This document shows positions 54,313 through 58,998 of a stretch of DNA of 58,998 bases, piece after piece. Source of the DNA: Escherichia phage vB_Eco_SLUR25; sequence record LT907986.1; one strand, 5' to 3'. The notes beneath the pieces were generated by a model. It was given only the letters and a program-made list of their open reading frames with translations. It did not search any database and had not been told where the DNA came from. Numbering within the stretch: the first letter of the stretch is position 1; each line of letters starts with the position of its first letter. A program made the position numbers and the translations under genes.

Positions 54313-54376
54313 TTTGTATCTCCTCTTGTTGTATGCATATATTAAAACAGACCCGCGAAGGGTCTGCAAGTAGAAT

Positions 54377-56362
54377 TTAGGCGTATCCCATGTCTTCGAG
54401 ATACTTCTCTGCTTTAGCTATATAAGCATCATAATCTATGTCGTCCGGTATTTTATCCGGTAGCGTCATGATCGGGACACCTCCCGCGCTACCAGCTACA
54501 CGGTTGCCCGAGTTAGCATAGATTATTTCAGGTGTTTCTTCATTAGTGCTTAAATACCAGCGTACAACCTTACCCAAAAATTCGCCATTCCATACCGCGC
54601 CGCCTTTTACCGCACGTAGGATAATGAATTTTCTAATATCGTTGCAATTGCGTATAGTACGAGAAACAGGCGTACCGTGGGCCAAACATTCACATACAGC
54701 TTCCATAATGATCTCACCAGTACAGTTCTTTTGAAGACCTGTCTTTGCGAACCACCCTTTACGTTTAATTTCAACATTTCCTTCCTCGTCAGGTTCTTTT
54801 ACTGCAACATAGTTATTGACGTTAGCGCTGTACAGCTTGTCATAGTAGTTGGACTCCATTTCAAAGCCTGTCACGGATTCCCACCACTTGATCATATTAT
54901 CAACGAAGTCCTGCATGTGGTCTGGATACTTAACCACAATGCCGTCCGTGTTCGCTGAAATTACTTTAACACCATTCAACTCAAATGCTTCAATAAGCAT
55001 CAACAGTGAAAGCTGCCCTGTTAATGTAACTTGTATCAATAATTGCGGCGCGTAAAGGACAGACCACATAGACCCCAGCTTACCAAACGATCCGTTAATA
55101 ACGATCTTCAGCGTGTTGGCTGTGTTCTTGTCTCCGCTGTGCTTAGCTGCAATACGGCGGTCTACAATACTTTTATAAACACGAAGGAACGCTGGTCCCA
55201 ACTGTTCTGGATATAAGCCCTGATTAAGAATGATTGAAGGATAATAAGACGTTACGTCAATGTCCCGCTTTTTGATACCAGGCTCTTTACCGTGGCCAGC
55301 ACACTCTTCGGAGCTATGCAAACCACCAATACCCATACGGTAGACACCGTCCGCAATCTTGATCTCAAGACCTGTTAATGCAGGAGGTAAGCTGACACCA
55401 CCGTTATCGCTAACAATAAAGCGACAGTCCCGAACAATATCCAAAACACTATTCATCAAAGGAGTTTGAAAACGAATAAAGTCTGGTATGTTGTATGCAT
55501 ACTTTGTTCCAGGATAAACTTGCGGACGCTGTGGGCGCACGCCCGTCAACGCTTGGATTTCGTGCTTAATTACGTCTTCTGCAATCTGTGCATCTGAGCG
55601 TGAACGCAGGTCCACACCGTATTCTTGCGACATAATTTCACGCAAGTGAATAGGCTCTTGTAATGCAATAAAACATTCTTCCGTCTGTACAAGGTCGTTA
55701 ATACAGTACCAGCGCACAATAAGCATCTGGTCTTGCGTCAACATTGTATTAGGCTTGAACGGTAAATCCTGCATACGACGAGTATGTACACGTCCGCCGT
55801 ATTGTTTCAAACCGCCGGACCCAGGCAGCACTTCCATGATATCGATGTGGTTAACGTTCTGCATACGCTTGAGACGGTAACTCTTCAATACATCCGAAGG
55901 ACGCCAGTCTTCAACGATTATTTTATCAGTTGCGTCTTTAAGCTGAGCATTAGAGCAGCCGTTAAGCGCAAGCGTAGCAATGGGCATATCGTACCCGTTA
56001 CCGTTAAAGCTTACGATAAGGAAGTTTGTCATTACCCAGTTAAGTAGCAAGCAATTCAAACTACAACCGTGATACATTTCGAAGTAGACAACTTTCTTAG
56101 TCCTTACTCCGCGGAATGCGATCAAGAAGTAGTTTGGATAACATTCAATATCATATACAAGCGGTTCGCGGTTAATCCATGCTTGAATAAGTTCATCCTG
56201 CGTATACAGGTTGTATTGGAAGTTCCGCGCTTCCTCAAGGTTAGGCAAATAATCCTGGCGCTCCCAAGTGCGCTCCGGCGGTAAACGTTTAACCTTTTCT
56301 TTCTTTGCTTTTGGCTCAGGCGGTAAGTCCTGCCAAAAGAAACCAATAGCATCTGTCCGCAT
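54377..56362 (-). CDS. family B DNA polymerase with 3'-5' exonuclease domain
   Basis: Exo motifs VYDIECYP and FNGNGYDMP; pol motifs DVTSYYPSI, KIVINGSFGK, ANTDG; ATG 56362 in TAATG overlap. Confidence 0.75.
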   Translation of the reverse strand: MRTDAIGFFWQDLPPEPKAKKEKVKRLPPERTWERQDYLPNLEEARNFQYNLYTQDELIQAWINREPLVYDIECYPNYFLIAFRGVRTKKVVYFEMYHGCSLNCLLLNWVMTNFLIVSFNGNGYDMPIATLALNGCSNAQLKDATDKIIVEDWRPSDVLKSYRLKRMQNVNHIDIMEVLPGSGGLKQYGGRVHTRRMQDLPFKPNTMLTQDQMLIVRWYCINDLVQTEECFIALQEPIHLREIMSQEYGVDLRSRSDAQIAEDVIKHEIQALTGVRPQRPQVYPGTKYAYNIPDFIRFQTPLMNSVLDIVRDCRFIVSDNGGVSLPPALTGLEIKIADGVYRMGIGGLHSSEECAGHGKEPGIKKRDIDVTSYYPSIILNQGLYPEQLGPAFLRVYKSIVDRRIAAKHSGDKNTANTLKIVINGSFGKLGSMWSVLYAPQLLIQVTLTGQLSLLMLIEAFELNGVKVISANTDGIVVKYPDHMQDFVDNMIKWWESVTGFEMESNYYDKLYSANVNNYVAVKEPDEEGNVEIKRKGWFAKTGLQKNCTGEIIMEAVCECLAHGTPVSRTIRNCNDIRKFIILRAVKGGAVWNGEFLGKVVRWYLSTNEETPEIIYANSGNRVAGSAGGVPIMTLPDKIPDDIDYDAYIAKAEKYLEDMGYA

Positions 56363-57315
56363 TAGACACGTTCTCCAATTAACACACCGCGAAGATTTTC
56401 CCCAAAGAATGCGCAAGGTTGCGGATATAAACTAAAGTCCGCAGTCTTAACCACATTTTCGAGTAATAACAGGATGTCGATATTGTAAACTCCTGTTATT
56501 GATCTGTCCTGCAATACGAAGCTTGCACCTTCTGCATCATCGTAATGAGTACGTGCTAGACCGTTTTCAATATATACGCGAGGACGATCTTCCGCAAAAG
56601 GTTTGATTTTATGCAAGCCCTCAAAAAGACCTGGATCAACAGGATGTGCATTGCATTGAACATTTAAAATACGACGTATATCAGGCCACTCCGCATCAAT
56701 AAGCTGTGTTCGCAACCAGCGACCTTCCGGATAATGAAACGTCACATTGTTCTTGCTAACCTGAATATGTGTCGGGTTAGCTTTAATGCGCAGTATTTCT
56801 TTAATAGCAACAGACGGTATTATGCAGTCAATAGGGAATTGATTACCAAACCAATATTCCGCAATGGTGACGTTATTTGTAGCAAACAGGCTACCGTTAT
56901 TAATCAGAATACCACAGGCCCACGGGCGGGACGCATCCGAGCCTACAAACGGAGCAACAGACTTCACACCGTGTACGAAGCGAGCACCGTCTATTTCGTA
57001 TAAATCGCCTTCAGGGAATACGTGAGGCGTTTCCTTGTCAATGCAGCGTATAGCAACACGAAACGGTCCGGACTTGATATTAAGTTTACCGTTAGCCATC
57101 ATTGTTAACTGTACGGTTTCGTCACAGTTTGAAATAGCTTTAATCATAGGACCAGCTTCGGGCTTGCAATCAATATCCAGCTCAATAGGGCTACCCAGTG
57201 CAATAACACCGTTAAAGCCCTGTACCTGTCCATCACGGATAAGAAAACTGGTAAGCCCTTCTACCAGTTCCTTTTTAGCGACGGAGCCTTGAACAAATTT
57301 AAGAGCGTCTAACAT
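56362..57315 (-). CDS. DNA polymerase sliding clamp (DnaN/beta-clamp-like)
   Basis: 317 aa; QLIDAEWPDIRRILN resembles recalled DnaN motif KLVDGRFPDYRRVLP; immediately upstream of polymerase gene. Confidence 0.5.
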   Translation of the reverse strand: MLDALKFVQGSVAKKELVEGLTSFLIRDGQVQGFNGVIALGSPIELDIDCKPEAGPMIKAISNCDETVQLTMMANGKLNIKSGPFRVAIRCIDKETPHVFPEGDLYEIDGARFVHGVKSVAPFVGSDASRPWACGILINNGSLFATNNVTIAEYWFGNQFPIDCIIPSVAIKEILRIKANPTHIQVSKNNVTFHYPEGRWLRTQLIDAEWPDIRRILNVQCNAHPVDPGLFEGLHKIKPFAEDRPRVYIENGLARTHYDDAEGASFVLQDRSITGVYNIDILLLLENVVKTADFSLYPQPCAFFGENLRGVLIGERV

Positions 57316-57542
57316 TAGCGATCCTCGATTGCTCTAATTGTGGTTAAATCTAATTCACAGGTTGGAGGGTATCCATAAAGTCCCATTTGTTTTCCTTGTG
57401 CATTAAACCATGTACCTGACGGATCCTGCCACTGCTTAGGTGTCTTGTGGAGAAATACTACTCTGTTTTCACCGTAATAATTAATTCTTACGCCCGTGTG
57501 AGTATATTTACGTTTACCTTTTGGTCTTCTTAAGTTAGCCAT
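57315..57542 (-). CDS. hypothetical protein
   Basis: 75 aa from ATG 57542 (57545 is TTG); overlaps dpdA stop. Confidence 0.4.
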   Translation of the reverse strand: MANLRRPKGKRKYTHTGVRINYYGENRVVFLHKTPKQWQDPSGTWFNAQGKQMGLYGYPPTCELDLTTIRAIEDR

Positions 57543-58462
57543 CAAAACAACTCCATTACACGATCACGGAATGTGCCGTCATGGGTAGCGTTAATGTTTG
57601 CAGCAATTACACCATACGCCCATAAGTTGAAGGCAGCACGTGATTCATAGATTGTTGATAAACGTTCGTAAGTGAAACCGTTTTGCTCAAGGTATTTAAG
57701 GACAGCGTCTTGTTCAATCTCAGTTAATGTTGAAACATGCTTACCAAAATGATGGCGGTCCGGTGACTTATCTGATACGCGCATTGGTCCCCACGGAGGG
57801 GTAACCACACTTCCAAACGCTGCTGCTTGAATCCAGGAGGATGAGTCGCAGCTATACCACGGATAACGTTCCATGATGGTTGTTGACGTAATACCAAACG
57901 CATGAAGTTTAATCTTAGCACGTCCGCTACCGTCGCAAATATATTTGTCCCACATGCGGTCAAGCCAAGTCTTAAGCGTGTCCGTTGAACGTCCCACCAT
58001 ACCCCCAATGGTGATATATTCGTAGTTCTTCATGTAGTATTCAAGATAGCGGAAGTCCTCCCCAAAGTGAAAGCAAGGTAACGGTTTAGCACCGCGTGCT
58101 TCCATTTCAAGCTGGTTACGGTAGGTTTGCAACGGATCACCGATACCATCAAGCACCGATGCCATTACCGCACCATCTTCTACCCGCAAAATATCTTTAT
58201 TGCGCTTGATGTATTCGCAGTATTCAACAATATCAATGTGAGCACCTAACGAGTGCGCGGAGAATGCACCGGAGTCGAGAAACACTTTAGCTCCATCCGC
58301 ACGCATCTGATCAACATACTTTTGACGTCCAACGTAGTGGTATGATTCCAAAATATGGGGCAGATTGCGCGTGATATTTTTCTCATGCTCCGACAGCTTT
58401 TCATAACGCTGCTGTCCAGGCATATATCCGTTCGTGTAAACTGCTGCCATAAAAACGTTCAT
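57542..58462 (-). CDS. dpdA: DpdA-like DNA 7-deazaguanine transglycosylase (TGT-fold)
   Basis: 306 aa; LDSGAF matches TGT catalytic Asp region (DSGGFQ-like); ITIGGMVG matches TGT GG(L/M)(S/V)G motif; clustered with folE/queD/queC/queE. Confidence 0.75.
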   Translation of the reverse strand: MNVFMAAVYTNGYMPGQQRYEKLSEHEKNITRNLPHILESYHYVGRQKYVDQMRADGAKVFLDSGAFSAHSLGAHIDIVEYCEYIKRNKDILRVEDGAVMASVLDGIGDPLQTYRNQLEMEARGAKPLPCFHFGEDFRYLEYYMKNYEYITIGGMVGRSTDTLKTWLDRMWDKYICDGSGRAKIKLHAFGITSTTIMERYPWYSCDSSSWIQAAAFGSVVTPPWGPMRVSDKSPDRHHFGKHVSTLTEIEQDAVLKYLEQNGFTYERLSTIYESRAAFNLWAYGVIAANINATHDGTFRDRVMELF

Positions 58463-58465
58463 TTC

Positions 58466-58672
58466 TTACTCCACGTTGTTTAAAGCGACTACTTCAATGA
58501 GATAATTTTCTCTCTTAAAGCATTGCTCGCTTAAGATCTGTTCAACTCTAACATGCAGATCCGCATGAATTTGTTTTGCGTTACTGCTTTCAGCAATACC
58601 GTCCATACATAACAGAACTCTGAAAGTACCTTTTTCTACAGCTCGAACGTTGAAAAAGTATTGTCTTACCAT
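58466..58672 (-). CDS. small hypothetical protein between folE and dpdA
   Basis: ATG 58672 with GGAGGA RBS 3 nt upstream; 68 aa. Confidence 0.4.
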   Translation of the reverse strand: MVRQYFFNVRAVEKGTFRVLLCMDGIAESSNAKQIHADLHVRVEQILSEQCFKRENYLIEVVALNNVE

Positions 58673-58708
58673 ATTTCCTCCAATGACTAAAAAGCCCATA
58701 CCAGTATT

Positions 58709-58735
58709 ATGACCGATATGGGCTTGATCTGTAAA
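58709..58735 (-). terminator. terminator-like hairpin after folE
   Basis: Stem AGCCCATA/TATGGGCT with long loop, followed on minus strand by TTTTAG. Confidence 0.35.
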
Positions 58736-58743
58736 GCTATCTA

Positions 58744-58998
58744 TTATTTACAAGCTTCAAGGAACTCCCGGCGCCATTCTTTACCAATATTGCTACCATG
58801 CTCCAGTTCTGTAGCGCCCCGGAACGCTTTGGTAATAGTAGAGCTGCCGCATACCTGTTTAACACCGCGCGACTCCATGCACATATGCTTAGCGTCAATA
58901 TAAACACATACAGCTTTCGGGTTTAAATGCTCCTGAATAGCGTCTGCAATCTGGTTAGTAAGACGTTCCTGAACTTGCAGTCGACGGCTAAAAGCATC
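58744..58998 (-). CDS. folE: GTP cyclohydrolase I (FolE), C-terminal part (stop at 58744..58746); 58872..58998 duplicates 1..127
   Basis: Reading frame from 1..481 continues through the junction: ...[46 protein letters not shown]. Confidence 0.7.
   Translation of the reverse strand, partial: DAFSRRLQVQERLTNQIADAIQEHLNPKAVCVYIDAKHMCMESRGVKQVCGSSTITKAFRGATELEHGSNIGKEWRREFLEACK
58872..58998. repeat. 127-bp exact direct repeat of window positions 1..127 (terminal overlap of a circular assembly)
   Basis: Last 127 nt are identical to first 127 nt; repeat lies inside the folE coding sequence. Confidence 0.9.

Noticed and set aside
1-58998. tRNA genes, integrase/repressor lysogeny module, toxin-antitoxin pairs
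   Set aside because: No T-loop/D-loop-like sequences, no tyrosine or serine recombinase motifs and no obvious TA pairs seen by eye; a tRNAscan or HMM run would be needed to exclude them
58872-58998. Terminal direct repeat considered as biological terminal redundancy (for example T7-like DTR)
   Set aside because: Exactly 127 bp, falls inside the folE coding sequence and matches a common assembler k-mer overlap; more likely a circularisation artefact

Overview
This window looks like a complete, circularly closed genome of a virulent siphovirus-type enterobacterial phage (about 58.87 kb unique; bases 1..127 are repeated exactly at 58872..58998). The most notable content is a 7-deazaguanine (queuosine-precursor) DNA-modification gene cluster that is split across the two ends of the linear window: dpdA - orf - folE (wraps the junction) - queD - orf - YhhQ-like transporter - queC - small paralogs - orf - queE. 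All calls are from reading the sequence and ORF track by eye (motifs, gene order, RBS, hairpins); no database search was run. Layout: a leftward (minus-strand) early/replication arm spans 52789..58998 plus 1..19451 (family B DNA polymerase, DnaN-like clamp, primase-helicase, SF2 helicase, Cas4-like nuclease, Sak4-like ATPase, DUF669-like protein, ligase, RNase H-like, dUTPase, three AP2-domain proteins). An 830-bp repeat-rich regulatory/origin-like region sits at 19452..20279. A rightward arm (22307..52759) carries small middle genes, a C39-like peptidase plus HslV-like Ntn-hydrolase pair, a lysis cassette with embedded spanins, terminase, portal, capsid, tail genes with a -1 frameshift in the tail chaperone, a J-like tip protein, an antisense Llp/Cor-like lipoprotein and a tail fibre with a C-terminal chaperone domain. 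No integrase, CRISPR array or tRNA was recognised. The gene organisation resembles the known 7-deazaguanine-modifying coliphage group (Seuratvirus/Nonagvirus-like), but that placement is from memory and unverified.
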